Below, one piece after another: positions 25,569 through 39,146 of a DNA stretch of 64,000 nucleotides. Positions within the stretch are counted from its first letter, which is position 1, and every line of letters begins with the position of its first letter. The translations under genes and the position numbers were made by a program. The notes below the pieces were generated by a model that did no database searches, had not been told where the DNA came from, and saw nothing but the letters and a program-made list of their open reading frames with translations. The stretch comes from Selaginella moellendorffii (lineage: Eukaryota > Plantae > Lycopodiophyta): assembly GCF_000143415.4 (NCBI RefSeq), contig NW_003314295.1:372001-436000 (forward strand), given 5' to 3'.

Positions 25569-25802
25569 ATGTCTGAGAAAAGAATGATAAAGAACAAGAA
25601 GACGAGGTCGGCAGCCGAGTCCGAGGAGCTCGGGGTGACCGTAAAGATGCACGGGAGCAAGCTCGAGCACATGACTAGGAGCCTGCTGGGCTCGCCCGGA
25701 GCGATCGTGCAGGGCAGCTTCGATGGATCGCTCAAGGCTAAAGCATCTGAAGAAGAGCTAAGGAAGATCCTCCGCCTAGCATTTCACTATAATGCCTTCT
25801 AG
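25569..25802 (+). pseudogene. diverged paralog of B3 C-terminal tail (longest copy)
   Basis: KTRSAAESEELGVTVKMHGSKLEHMTRSLLGSPGAIVQGSFDGSLKAKASEEELRKILRLAF vs B3 KTRSAAESEELGMSFKMQGSKLQRMCRSVLGSPGSIVEGSSTGSLKAKVSKEELRKILNLAF. Confidence 0.75.
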
Positions 25803-27889
25803 TGGAAAACTGATAAGAACTGATGTCTTGAGATGTATTGTATTTTCCTTTTACACAACAACTATTGGAGCAATCAATTTCACTGAACGAAGAAATGTTG
25901 GTTTTGGAGGTGGCAACTGTGATGGCGGGTCCTTGTCCTCGTTAGATTTGCTTTTTGACTCTTTGGGACAACTTTTGGACGTGCTAGCCTCCACTGCATT
26001 GATCACAAACAAGCATTGCACTACTTGTCGATGGATCAGGTTATATACAAACTGTTGAGACAAAAGGGAGGCATATATAGCTCTTAGTACGAATATTCTT
26101 TATTTTATTCTGGTCTAAGCTGTTTTGCGTTACTTATAATTTACGGTCATACCTTGTATGTCTTAAGAAAATAATAATAATAATAAAAACATAAAGAGAA
26201 ATGAAAAATATATTATGATTTAATATTTGAGCTTTTATCCTCATTGAAATGCCACATCCACTCCTAGCTTGCTATATCACTCCAAAGGTTCTAGGCATTA
26301 TAAAATGATAAAAAAATCAATGCTAAAGTAAGGATAAATCTTTTGATTAGGTATATCTTGAAAGTAAATGAATTGTTTGGCCATGAGGTATAAAATCCTA
26401 AACTTCCCTTCTAACATTATAGGTATTAATATAAACTTACTTCAAGGATTATTAGTATTAAAAATATTAGTTAGGTTTTTAATAATTGACAGCAAAAAGA
26501 AATATAAGTTTAAACAAGAAAAATATAAAAGAAATGTTACTTACAATGCTTACAGAAATATGGCAATGAATATGTGATTTTGCATGGGAGCATTATATAT
26601 TTACACATGTGCAAATTTATTTTTTTGTTTTGAGTTGCATGCAAAAATATTATGCATCCAATCACTTTTCAATTGCTATATAAGCAATTAAAATGCCATT
26701 GTGTTGTCATGAGATATATTATATATGCATGGGGCATAACAACTCATATTACCATATACACATTATGCCATGTGATTTTAGACAATATGATATCACTGCA
26801 ATTTAATAAGGGTTTTTTTTTCTCATTTTTGTAAGTGCAAATTTATGATGAGATAATTGTTATCATTTCTCTCTTCTCATTTCTCTTAGTTATAATTCAT
26901 TTTTCATGGTTATGGCTCATTTTTCACAACTATAGCTTATTTCTTGCAGTTGTGGCTTATTTCTCAGAACTTGGAGGTGTTATGCACCTTAATTTATTTA
27001 TTGCACCTTTCATTTTTTGTAATCTGTTTGCAATATGACACTTTAACTTAGTGCCATAATAAGTGTGATTGATTGGAGTGTAGTGGCAAGTACAATCACT
27101 TAGAGTGCAATAATGAGTGCAATCGATTTGAGTGCAGTGGCAAGCTTGATCAATTGGAGTGTAGTGGTAAATGCAATTAATTGAAGCATAATGATGAGCT
27201 CAATCAATTGGAATATAGAGGCAAAACAATTTTTTTGTTTTTTCTCTATTTTGTAATTTTCTTTAACATTCACTCATGTAAAAATTTCTTCATTTCTTCA
27301 TTTGTTGCAAAACCATTAACTTACAAAGTATTTTTCATTACCTTTATTAAAGAAAGTGATTAAAGAGCCTATAATATTTTAAAATTTAGCTTGCACATTT
27401 GAAAAACATCACATAAAAACGTAACCCTATTGACATGTAAAAACAAAATCTAATATGAGATGAAAAAATTGTATATATAGCATTATTTTATGAGTCACAC
27501 ATATATGTTACAATAATTTAAACACATATGTGTTTTATTTTCATATATTTTGCAAATGTGAAAGATTTTTTACCGGGTTATCTACCTTAGGTACATCTTC
27601 CTTCTTGGGAGGTATACCTCCCCCCAAAATACTTCAGAATTTAATAGTGTAAATACATTAAATGAAAATATATTAAAACTTAAACATGATAATTTAAAAA
27701 AAATAACTAAAACTTTAGAAATAATATAGTAAATTGTTATTAAATCATTCATTTCATCTTCTCTTCTAATAAAAAAGTATGCTTTAAATAACAATTAAAG
27801 CTCAGATAATAATTATTATTTAACTTTTATTCAAATTCTTGAAGTGGCACATAAATCATTCTCAAGTTTTGGATCAAATTTCATCCATT

Positions 27890-29079
27890 CTAGAAGGGAG
27901 TGGCATCGTAGAGAGGAAATGCCAGGTTGAGGATCTTCCTCAGCTCTTCCTTGGACACTTTAGCCTTGAGCGATCCAGTGGAGCTCCCCTCCACGATTGA
28001 TCCAGGCGAGCCCAGCACACTCCTACACATGCGCTGGAGCTTGCTCCCCTGCATCTTGAAGCTCATCCCAAGCTCCTCGGACTCGGCTGCCGACCTCGTC
28101 TTTTTGAGCACCAGCGCCACCACTGGCTCGTGGCGCTGCTGCCGCCGCTCCTCCGCCGCCTCTTCTCCGCCTCCCATCCCTTCTGCCACTCCCTCCTCCT
28201 CCTCGCCCGCCACCTCCTGGTTGCACGAGTGTGAGTTCTCCACCCATTCTCTCCTCAGGAGCCCCCTCGTCCTCTTGGGATTGCGCTCGAAGACGTCGTA
28301 GTCATGGACGTCTCCTCCGGTGGCTACTCCGCCGAGTTCTTCGATCTCGATCTCCAGCCCGTCTGGTTCTTTCTTTGGCGGGAGCAACACTATGTTGGCG
28401 GCGTTGGCGCGATCACTGGCGCTTGAATATCTCGACGCGGAACGTGATCATCTCGGAGGAGGAGTTCTCCTTTTGGAAGACGAGGACGTCTCCCTTGACG
28501 AGTTCGTGATGGACGCAGAAGGCTTTCCACCCGGCACCGATCACTGGCTGCATCGTCCAGTTCCATCTCATCCTCCATTGGTGACCACTCCGGTCGCGGA
28601 CGATCACCTCGGCTCTCCCGTGCGGCATCATCTTCTTGCAGTAGTTCGAAGGAAGAGTCTGCAGAAAAAAAATAAAGAAGAAAAGAAAAACGATTAGCAA
28701 GTTCTTTGTGAAGATATCGAAGGGAAAAAAGACAAGGATAGCGAAACATAAACCTCGAGCTTGTTCTTCGCTTACCATAACGTATGTGCCGCTCACACAG
28801 CACTGGTTCAAGACTTTAATGGTGCTGCGACTCTTCTTTGCAAGATGTTGCTGGTACTCCTGCGCGGCTTGCAGCGCTTCGTGCGAACCTGGCAGCTCCT
28901 CGCGATTCCGCCGCTGCCGCTGCTGATTGGAGGGGATGTAACTCGACAGAGGACTGTCTTCCTCGTAAGAACCTGCGAAGATACGCTCGGACAAATATAA
29001 GAAACGAAGTGATGAGAGAAAAAAAGCGAGAAGGAAAGCTCTGACCAGATGGATAAGCTTCGCCGCCGCTCGACTCCAT
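27890..29079 (-). pseudogene. B3-domain (REM-like) gene, copy with 17-nt frameshifting deletion after the B3 domain (~28418)
   Basis: Exons 29079-29046, 28972-28776, 28658-27890; lacks GATTTGACCAGCTTGCG present at 63068; could still encode a truncated B3-only protein. Confidence 0.85.
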
Positions 29080-29549
29080 AGCTGCGCTCTCGCTCTTCTT
29101 CTTGCTTGCTGAAGGAAAAACCTCGCTGAGAGAGCGTCCGGTCTACTAGTACGTCCCAATGATGAATGATCGTGCGCCGTCGGATTGGCTCCATCCGACG
29201 GCCACCATTCACGTACGAGGAAAGAAAATGCTCGTATCTTTCCAGTAGCCGTCGCTTTCCATTTCGTGATCTTTGCTCCATTCTAGAGGCAACCTTGGAG
29301 ACTTGCTTGGATGGCTTTGCATTAATAAAAAATCCACAGTACCAATCAAAACTTCAGCTCTAAAGAGGCGAGATTATCACCTTCCAGGTATCGAGTGTGT
29401 TCTTCGTTTCTATAGATGATATTACGCGGATCCAATAACTCGGAGCCATTCGTCACTCAAAACACCTTCCACAGTGTTATACGATTTGCCTAACAGTCCC
29501 TTTATGAGAGCTTGAAGGGCCTGACTGGTTAGAAGACGAGGATAATGCT

Positions 29550-30840
29550 TATGCATCAACGACCCAGCATTTTCCATCCCTACTGTGCACACGCCTTCTA
29601 GATCAACTTTCTTCGCTCGTAGTCATACAAGCATTAGCTGGTCGAATGTCGCGATGCACCAAGCCTGCACAGCCACATGAAACTACAAGCTCCCAAAGAT
29701 AGACGAGCCTCAACAGCACCATGTAAGGCCTTTAAAGCCTTGCGAATGCCAAGCACCATCTGTCGCAGCTCGTCTTCCGAAACAGGCTCTCGCACGGCAA
29801 GAAGAGGAACAGTCATAACCATGCATGCTCGAGGAGCCTGATCGTTCTTCGTTTCTTGGAGGAGGAATCACGGTCAGCAGTCGATGACACCGGATTCAAC
29901 AGTTGCTCACATTCACTCCTGGTCCTGAATTTGGGCCCTTCGACACTGCCAACGAGGTGTTTCCCACATTTGGGAGCCAGCGTGTAGGCCTGGAAGACAT
30001 CTTCGCAGTTGACGCCCCACTCGTTGCAGTAATCGTTCCAGTTCCATATCACCTTGAGCACACCGTCATGGGTCAGCATCAGAGAGCTCATATCTCGATC
30101 AATCAGTGCATTCAGCTTGTACCTGATAGCAATACAACTGTCGGCCAAACTTCACACTTCCCCGGCTCCGATGGCAGCAAGCATTCCATGGAGCTTGATA
30201 CAAGTTGAGGACTGGAGTCAGCTGAGTCAGAATGGCTGCTCCTGCTTAATAAAAAGAGAGCAAAGTGATGGTCGACAAAACGAAACCGATCTTATGAGCT
30301 ACTTGAGGATTGATTTGTACAGTGAAAAACTGGAGATGAGGTCCCGGCACGGCATAGCAAGAAACTGCCACTGGTAGAGTTGAGACTTTGTCCGTCAACA
30401 AGGATTTCACTACCTCAAACTCAGCGTCCTCCCTCACTTCCCCGTACATGACAATCTCATGCCACTCCAGTTGTCAATGCAGATCAAAGTCAAAATGAGC
30501 TTGAGCTTCTTGTTCTCCCCTTACTTCTTGAAGTGTGCGATTGGGCTGGTGTTCATTGCATCTAAAACGTGCCAGGTGCTGTGATTTCCGGGCTTCTGAT
30601 CCGGGGAGAAGAGATCACATCGCTCCAGGAGGTCCAGATTGCCTGCTCCACTGCTTCGGTAGTATTCCCCTATCTCGCTGGGCAATTCAAGCCAGGGAAC
30701 TTTGCCCGTGAGGTATGTGGCCACTTCACAACCGGCAAAGAGCTCCGGCGCCTCACTCACGGTAGCGTTGGCGATGCCAATGTGGAGGAATTCGGTCGCC
30801 GATAGAGGAGAACGAATCTTCCCCGTCATCCCCGTCACAA
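29550..30840 (-). pseudogene. CR-type restriction-endonuclease-like domain + protein kinase pseudogene
   Basis: IVMYGEVRE...LTDK...YAVPGPHLQFF, then IRKALKALH-[short GT..AG intron]-GLVHRDIRPAN catalytic loop at ~29635-29665. Confidence 0.7.
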
Positions 30841-31499
30841 GCCGCTCTAGCAGGGAAACCTTTTATTGACTGCTATTGACTGGGCATTGACTGGGCCGTT
30901 AGCTCGCCTGCTCTGTGTGATCCTCTTCTTCCGATCAATAAAGTGGAGGCTAGCACGTCCAAAAGTTGTCCCAAAGAGTCTAGCGAGGACAAGGACCCGC
31001 CATCACAGTTGCCACCACCAAAACCAAGATTTCTTCGTTCAGTGAAATCGATTGCTCCAATAGTTGTTGTGTAAAAGGAAAATACATTTCTAAGTTAAAA
31101 TACATCTCAAGACATCAGTTCTTATCAGTTTTCCACTAGAAGGCATCATAGTGAGGAAATGCCAGGCGGAGGATCGTCCTCAGCTCTTCTTCGGATGCTT
31201 TAGCCTTGAGCGATCCATCGAAGCTGCCCTGCACGATGCGCTCGACCTTGCTCCTGTGCATCTTTACGAGCTCCTCAGACGCTGGGCTGCCAACCTCGTC
31301 TTCTTGTTCTTTATCATTCTTTTCTCAGACATTTTCCTCAGGTACGTACCATGTTGTTTGTTCTTCGTTTCTCATCTTGGACGAAAAGAAGCGATGTTTC
31401 CATTTCGTCTTAGAGCATCTAAACCATGCCATGTTCAAAGAAATGAACGACAGTTTATGAGGCTACTTACCACCCACAGCCTTAGTGGGAAATGGAATT

Positions 31500-31750
31500 T
31501 ATATTGCCAAGCTCACCTCATGGACTTGGTCGTCGCCCTGGAGTGGTCAACAAGGAGAGCCTGGCTATGGCGGGGATATGTGTGGAGGGGCACTTCCTGT
31601 GCACCTCCAAGCGACCAGGTGTGCCGGGACTACTGCCAGAAGTGCCAAAGGCAGCAAGTGTGAGATTTGCAACACTGGAGTTTGCCATCACCTCGAGTAA
31701 ACCCTGCAGCTGAATCGCATGGTAAAATCCTGTTACTCCAAAGTCTCCAT
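31500..31750 (+). pseudogene. defensin-like pseudogene, family 2
   Basis: Same Cys pattern. Confidence 0.5.
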
Positions 31751-32622
31751 TTTCTTAATCTGTTATTAAAAGTACTTCCAAAGAACTCATTTTAAACGAC
31801 TCGTCTCTAAATTCATGTTTGTTCTCGCAAGTAGAACCAGAGAGAGCGTAAGAATAGTACTTTGATTCGAAGAAAACATGATGCACACAACAGTTCCTTC
31901 AGTAGTTTGGTTGTTTTTCACTTGCAAGGGCAGTGGTGAAGCGGGAGCAAGAACACAAGCATTCGATGAGAAACAAGGAAAAGAAGAAAAGAAGAACCAT
32001 TGAAAAGCCATTATCCTCAATCACAAAGTTGAGAAGAGGGAGTAGGCGCATTGTTTTTATCAAAAAAACAAAACAAACGTTTTTTCCTTTCATCAGTATA
32101 GACTTTGAGCATTGATGTTCTTGATCAGGCACCGCTGGAGCACTTGTACACATTTTCTTTGCACCAATAATACGGCATACCCTGGCAGCTAACAACGCAG
32201 CAACGTTTCCTTCGTTCATCATGTAGCTCTAGCTAGGGCTTATTAGCTAAAGGAAGACCCAAATGACTCACGGCCATATTCCGCGAGATGGAACGCCACT
32301 ACGGCTCATAGAACTGGAAAGATCTCTTCATTGCCAGGTATATGAAGTACAAACAACAAAAGTTTGTGCTCCTTGGCAGGAGCTTGCTTTGTTCACACGT
32401 TTGTTGGAGCTTGTGATACAAGAAGTTTCGATCATCACGTACCATGTTGTTTGTTCTTCGTTTCTCCTCTTGGACGAAAAGAAGCGATGTTTCCATTTCG
32501 TCTTAGAGCATCTAAACCATGCCATGTTCAAAGAAATGAACGACAGTTTGTGAGGCTACTAACCCTGTGAAAAACATTACCACCCACAGCCTTAGTGGGA
32601 AATGGAATATATATTCTCCAAA

Positions 32623-32870
32623 ATGCCCAAGCTCACCTCATGGACTTGGTCGTCACCCTGGAGTGGTCAACAAGGAGAGCCTGGCTATGGCGGGGATATG
32701 TGTGGAGGGGCACTTCCTGTGCACCTCCAAGCGACCAGGTGTGCCGGGACTACTGCCAGAAGTGCCAAAGGCAGCAAGTGTGAGATTTGCAACACTGGAG
32801 TTTGCCATCACCTCGAGTAAACCCTGCAGCTGAATCGCATGGTAAAATCCTGTTACTCCAAAGTCTCCAT
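32623..32870 (+). pseudogene. defensin-like pseudogene, family 2
   Basis: Same Cys pattern. Confidence 0.5.
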
Positions 32871-33559
32871 TTTCTTAACCTGTTATTAAAAGTACTTCCA
32901 AAGAACTCGTTTTAAACGACTCGTCTCTAAATTCATGTTTAATCTCGCAAGTAGAACCAGAGAGAGTGTAAGAATAGTATTTTGATTCGAAGAAAACATG
33001 ATGCACACAACAGTTCCTTCAGTAGTTTGGTTGTTCTTCACTTGCAAGGGCAGTGGTGAAGCGGGAGCAAGAACACAAGCATTCAATGAGAAACAAGGAA
33101 AAGAAGAAAAGAAGAACCATTGAAAAGCCATTATCCTCAATCACAAAGTTGAGAAGAGGGTTGTTTTTTTCAAAAAAACAAAACAAACGTTTTTTCCTTT
33201 CATCAGTATAGACTTTGAGTATTGATGTTCTTGATCAGGCACCACTGGAGCACTTGTACACATTTTCTTTGCACCAATAATACGGCATACCCTGGCAGCT
33301 AACAACGCAGCAACGTTTCCTTCGCTCATAATGTAACTCTAGCTAGGGCTTATTAGCTAAAGGAAGACCCAAATGACTCACGGCCATATTCCGCGAGACA
33401 CGGCTCATAGAACTGGAAGGATCTCTTCATTGCCAGATATATGAAGTACAAACAACAAAAGTTTGTGCTCCTTGGCAGGAGCTTGCTTTGTTCACACGTT
33501 TGTTGGAGCTTGTGATACAAGATTGTTTTCGATCATCACTCCAGGGGATGATTCGACGA

Positions 33560-34410
33560 TCAGTGGCGAGCTCTCTTGCTCGGTGGCCCGGCTTGTTCTT
33601 GCTGAAGCGCCAGTTGCCTTGTGAAGTGGTTCACCTCCTTAGCCAGTTGCCTCCTGTTGTCTTCCTCCTCTTGCTGGAGCGCCACGGCCACCATCCGCGT
33701 GATCCGGTCGGCATGGGGAGGATCCAACGCCACCTCGTCCTCCATGTAATGGCAGTCCGGCCTGAGCGCCCTCTTGTTGTTGGTCTCGGCCCAGTGATCA
33801 TAGTCCGCGAAGTCGAAGCTATCGTATTGTTTCACCCGGATGCTCCTATTGTTACCAGCCTCGATCGCCAAGTCGTCGATCATGCGCTTGAGCTCAACAT
33901 ACCGCTCAACGTCCACCGCCACCATGCTCTGCTCGTGAGAAGTTCTTCTCGTCTCCCTTTTACAATCACAAACCCTATACGAAACAAACGAATATACTAC
34001 GTTTTTCGCCAAATATTGTTTCACCATCTTTAAGATAAAGGTTTTCAGCAACTTAACCAGTTTACTGAAATATTTTAAAATCTGTTTTATGCTCTCGACC
34101 GATTTGAAGAGCTTAGGAGCGAGGAGCCAGAAATTCGTGGATTCAACCAGAGTTTCGAAGCGATTAGAAGCGGAATTTCACTCGCTTCTGTCCCTGGATT
34201 TTTCCCAGCTTTCACTGAGCTCGTTGATGGCGTCAACTCTCTGCTTCCAGGACTTAATCTCCTCGCCATCCGTCGAGCATCATGCGTCCAATCTGGTTCT
34301 CTCCCCACCAGTCCAAGTCGTCCAGCAAGGGTTTCTTCCACCAGCTTTCGCTCATGGGACCTGGTAATCAATTCGCTGGATAAAGCTCCCACGAAAATTT
34401 GCCTTGCATT
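33560..34410 (-). pseudogene. 3' fragment of CR-like gene; last-exon ORF intact
   Basis: ORF 33560-34051 homologous to 7121-7621. Confidence 0.7.
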
Positions 34411-35495
34411 CCGCAAAATCGGGGAGAAGTTGACGAGATCGAGCACTTCACAAGAAGGAAGAATTTCTTGGGTCTGAGCTGGATAGCTTTTGGATTTGGG
34501 AAGGGATACTTTTTTTTTTCACCTTTATATTTCGAAAGGAAATGGTTTATGGTGGTTTATTTATCCATAAGCTTCTGGAGTCATTGTTTATTCTATCTGT
34601 GGAAAGCTCTTTGTTAGCCTCATCGATGCTATTGTTCTTGTAGAAGGCATCCCTCCTCAAGCTTCACAATCAGTAACACCTGCCCGACTTGCAAAGAAGT
34701 GTAACGTGTTTGGAGCACAATTTTCTATCCTTTCTCAGGCACTTGAAAGTGCCATCCTTGCTTGTTCGGGAAAAAGAAAGAGAGAGAAGCATCATCTACA
34801 TAACGCATTAGGTTGAGCTTTGATGGTCTTGCGAAATTGAGAACCGCCTGGTGCCGCAAACATTCGTTTCCTCCCAAATGTACTCCAAAGTCTCAATTGT
34901 TAAAAGTTTATTATATAAGCACACTTACCAGAGAGAAGAATAGTAATTGGCACACAACAGTTACTTCAATAGTTTGGTTGTTTTTCACTTGCAAGGGCAT
35001 TCGATGAGAAACAAAGAAAAGAAGAACATTGAAAAGCGATTCTCCTCAATCACAAAGTTGAGAAGAGGAAGTAGAAATTCGTTTTTTCCTCTCTTAACCT
35101 GTCCTCCACGTCTTCCATAATTCCTAACTGATGTTCCACATTTCATAATCTCTGTCCCATATCTTAGTAATTGAGTATTGATGTTCTTGATCAAGCCCCC
35201 CAAGGTCACTGGAGCACTTCTACACATTTTCTTTGCACCAATAATACGGCATATCTTGGCAACTAACAACGCAGCATCGTTTCCTTCGCTCGTAACATAG
35301 CTCTAGCTAGGGCTAAAGGAAGACTCACGGCCATACTGAGATGGAACGCCACTAAAGCTCAAACACTAGAACTGGAAAGATCTCTTCATTGCCAGTATAT
35401 GAAGTACAAACAACAAAGGTTTTCTGCTCCTAGTTTTAGTAATGCTTGTGATACAAGATTGTTTTCGATCATCCCCCAAGGGGCTGATTCGACGA

Positions 35496-37947
35496 TCAGT
35501 GGCGAGCTCTCTTGCTCGGTGGCCCAGCTTGTTGTTGCTGAAGCGCCAGTTGCCTTGTGAAGTAGTTCACCTCCTTAGCCAGTCGCCTCCTGTTCGCTTC
35601 CTCCTCTTGCTGGGCTACCATCCGTGTGATTCGGTCGGCATGGGGAGGATCCAACGTCACCTGTCGTCCATGTAATGGCTGTCCGGCCTGAGCGCCCTCT
35701 TGTTGTTGGTCTCGGCCCAGTGATCATAGTCCGCGAAGTCGAAGCTATCGTATTGTTTCACCCGGATGCTCCTATTGTTACCAGCCTCGATCGCCAAGTC
35801 GTCAATCATGCGCTTGAGCTCAACATACCGCTCAACGTCCACCGCCACCATCTTCGATCTGCTCCGCTCGTGAGAAGTTCTTCTGGACTCCTTTTTACAA
35901 TCACTAACCCCATACAAAACAAATGGATATGCCACTTTTTTGCCAAATATTCTTTCATTATCTTTAAGACAAAAAAAAGGTTTTAACCGGCTTACTGAAA
36001 TATTTTTAAATTTGTTTTATGGAGCAGCGATCTCCACAGATTTGAAGAGCTAGGAGTGAGGAACTAGAAATTCGTGGATTCAACCAAAGTTTCGAAGACT
36101 TGTTTTGTCCCTGAATTTTTTCCATCTTTCACTGAGCTCATTGATGGCATCAACTCTCTGCTTTCAGGATTTAATCTGTCCAAGCATCAATCCCGTCCTC
36201 AGTCCAAGTCGTCCAGCAACAGTTTCTGCCACCAGCTGGGACGCTCTGCATGTATAGCCCCTGGTAATTAATCCGCTGGAGAAAGCTCCCACGAAAATTC
36301 GCCTTGCATGTGCGCGGCTGCGGGGTTAAAAGGAGACTGGATAAACATGCACACACTTGTCAATTACAAAATCATGCAAGGAGAGTAGGGGAGAAAAACA
36401 AGAACAGTACACACACACCGAAACAAGAAACACCAGGGGAAAAAAAAAAAGTGGCAGCCATGCCTCCAATGATGCCCTCTAGATCCGTAATTGTACATGG
36501 CACCTCGATCTCGTGCAGGGCGCTTCATCCAAACGCAATTAAAGCACATATGTAGCAGTATGGCATGCACTCGCACAAGCTTTTGCATGCGGTTCAGAAC
36601 TTCCCTCTCCTCTTTCAAATGCTTCCCTGAAGCCCTTGCATGAGTCGTCGTCCATGGGAGGCAGGACAATGGTCATCTGGGGAATAGGCAGATCAAGCCT
36701 TTTCCACGAATGCCTGCCAGTCTTCGTAACCTTTGGCTGACCGTCTTCAATCACGTAGTCACTCAAACCCATGAAACTCCCCGCTTGCTTGGTGCTTAAC
36801 TCCTGGATTTATCATGTTCACAAGCTCCCCATTCCCCAGCACATCCCTGTATCGCCTCTTGAACGCTTTCAACAGCTCCGAAGGCTTTTAGGCATCCATA
36901 TGGAAAGTCACAAACCGGGCCTCATCCATTGTCGTCTCAGCGGCATCAGCACCATTCCGGGATGGACTTGCGAAGAGGACCGTCCTTCCTCGTGTGGCTC
37001 TATATCCTTGAAAGCTATCGTCCATAAGGAGCCAAGTCCCTGCTAAGCTCAACAGGTCTGTCGGAACTTTATACAAGCACCAGATCTCTCCGCCCAGCGA
37101 GATGATGATGAAGACCCTGGCATCCACAAACAGTTGCACTAAAATGTATGCTCCAGCTAGTTCCGCATCGCTGAGGAGCTCGTGAACGAAGTACCAGATG
37201 CAGCACGACTTCCTATCCCCGGATTACCGGAGATGTGCGCGAAGATGCTGTGGCCGTGTCTCAGCTGACGATAGATCTTCTCGTAAGACTTGCGAACGAG
37301 GATGTCGGCATGGTTGGCTGTGAGCTCGGCTATGACGGCAGGGAGCCTCAGAAATCCTTCCGCACCCCAACCCCTGCACAGGTGCGAGCGGGTGTCCGGG
37401 GGGAAAGTCTTGTCCTTGGCAAAAGGGACTGCATAAACAAGCACACACTTGTCAAAGTTACAAATCATGGAAGAGCAGAGGGAACATACACACAACGAAA
37501 ACAAAAAGACTGTACCTCGAATGATATGCTCTGCCCCGGCGTCGAACTTGACACGGTTTAAGCCATCGTCCACGCTCATCCGGCTTCTTGTAAAAGAAAC
37601 TTAGGGCGCCAGCCGTAACCCGCACTTTGCCATTCTTTAGACAGAACCTGAGCTTGTCATCCCTCCATGCGAAAGTACACGATGCCAATCGTCCCACAGC
37701 CTTATAGAAAATGAGACGAAACAAAATCCATGGCTGCTGCTCTGCTGCTGCTCTCTGAAAAGAAAACAATGAGATTTGTCAAAAGATTGCTTTCAGCAAT
37801 ATTCTCTCCTTTCACTGCACAGGCCAGCAGCAGCACTAATAGAGAAGCAAGCATCTCTCCATCCCAAAATGAAACAGATAAATGCTTTTTGTGGGTTCCA
37901 GCTGAAGAAGAATCCATCGATTTTGTTACGATCATGTGAGAGAGCAC
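35496..37947 (-). pseudogene. Crinkler/RHS-like P-loop NTPase gene, copy 2
   Basis: HISGNPGIG/ frameshift in Walker A; otherwise collinear with 20873-23201. Confidence 0.75.
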
Positions 37948-38305
37948 TTACCTTGCAAGTTCTTCTTGCGGAGTAAAATTCCTAGAGCGTAGAAACAACA
38001 TCTACGACTTTGTAAAGTTTAAAATTTTGAACTAAGAATGGAGAGAGAAAAGCTTACTTACGACCAGAAAAGTCTCGAGAGTGAAAATAAAGAAGAAAAG
38101 GGATACCACTCACAAGTTTGATTTTCCTGCAATAAATAAATACTCCAGAAGCTTATGGATAAATAAACCACCATAAACCATTTCCTTTCGAAAAATAAAG
38201 GTGAAAAAAAAGTATCCCAAATCCAAAAGCTATCCAGCTCCGACCGAAGAAATTCTTCTTTCTTGCGGAGTGCTCGATCTCGTCAACTTCTCCCCGATTT
38301 TGCGG

Positions 38306-39146
38306 AATGCAAGGCAAATTTTTGTGGGAGCTTTATCCAGCAGATTGATTACCAGGTCCCAGGAGCGAAAGCTGGTGGAAGAAACTCTTGCTGGTCGACT
38401 TGGAGTGGTGGGGAGAGAACGAGATTGGACGCATGATGCTCCGATGGATGGCAAGGAGATTAAATCCTAGAAGCAGAGAGTTGACGCCATCAACTAGCTC
38501 AGTGAAAGCTAGGGACAGAAGTGAGTGAAAATCCGCTTCCAATCGTTTCGAAACTCTGGTTTTATACGCCATCAAGAATATCTGGCTCCTCACTCCTGAG
38601 CTCTTCAAATCGGTGGAGAGCATAAAACAAATTTAAAATATTTCAGTAAACCGGTTAAGTTGCTGAAAACCTTTATCTTAAAGATGGTGAAACAATATTT
38701 GGCGAAAAACGTAGTATATTCGTTTGTTTCGTATAGGGTTTGTGATTGTAAAAGGGAGACGATCACGAGCAGAGCAGATCGGAGATGGTGGCGGTGGACG
38801 TTGAGCGGTATGTTGAGCTCAAGCGCATGATCAACGACTTGGCGATCGAGGCTGGTAACAAAGCATCCGGGTGAAACAATACGATAGCTTTGCCTTCGCG
38901 GACTATGATCACTGGGCCGAGACCAACAACAAGAGGGCGCTCAGGCCGGACTGCCATTACATGGAGGACGAGGTGGCGTTGGATCCTCCCCATGCCGACC
39001 GGATCACGCGGATGGTGGCCGTGGCGCTCCAGCAAGAGGAGGAAGACAACAGGAGGCAACTGGCTAAGGAGGTGAACCACTTCACAAGGCAACTGGCGCT
39101 TCAGCAACAACAAGCCGGGCCACTGAGCAAGAGAGCTCGCCACTGA
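38306..39146 (+). pseudogene. 3' fragment of CR-like gene, head-to-head with copy 2; frameshifted
   Basis: Homolog of 23595-24433. Confidence 0.7.

Larger units (their letters stand above)
30943..34880 (-). repeat. inverted segmental duplication of ~6280-9180, with internal ~1.1-kb tandem duplication (31350-32420 / 32437-33520)
   Basis: Reverse complement matches B3-tail paralog, defensin-like and CR 3' modules and PPR downstream flank. Confidence 0.85.
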
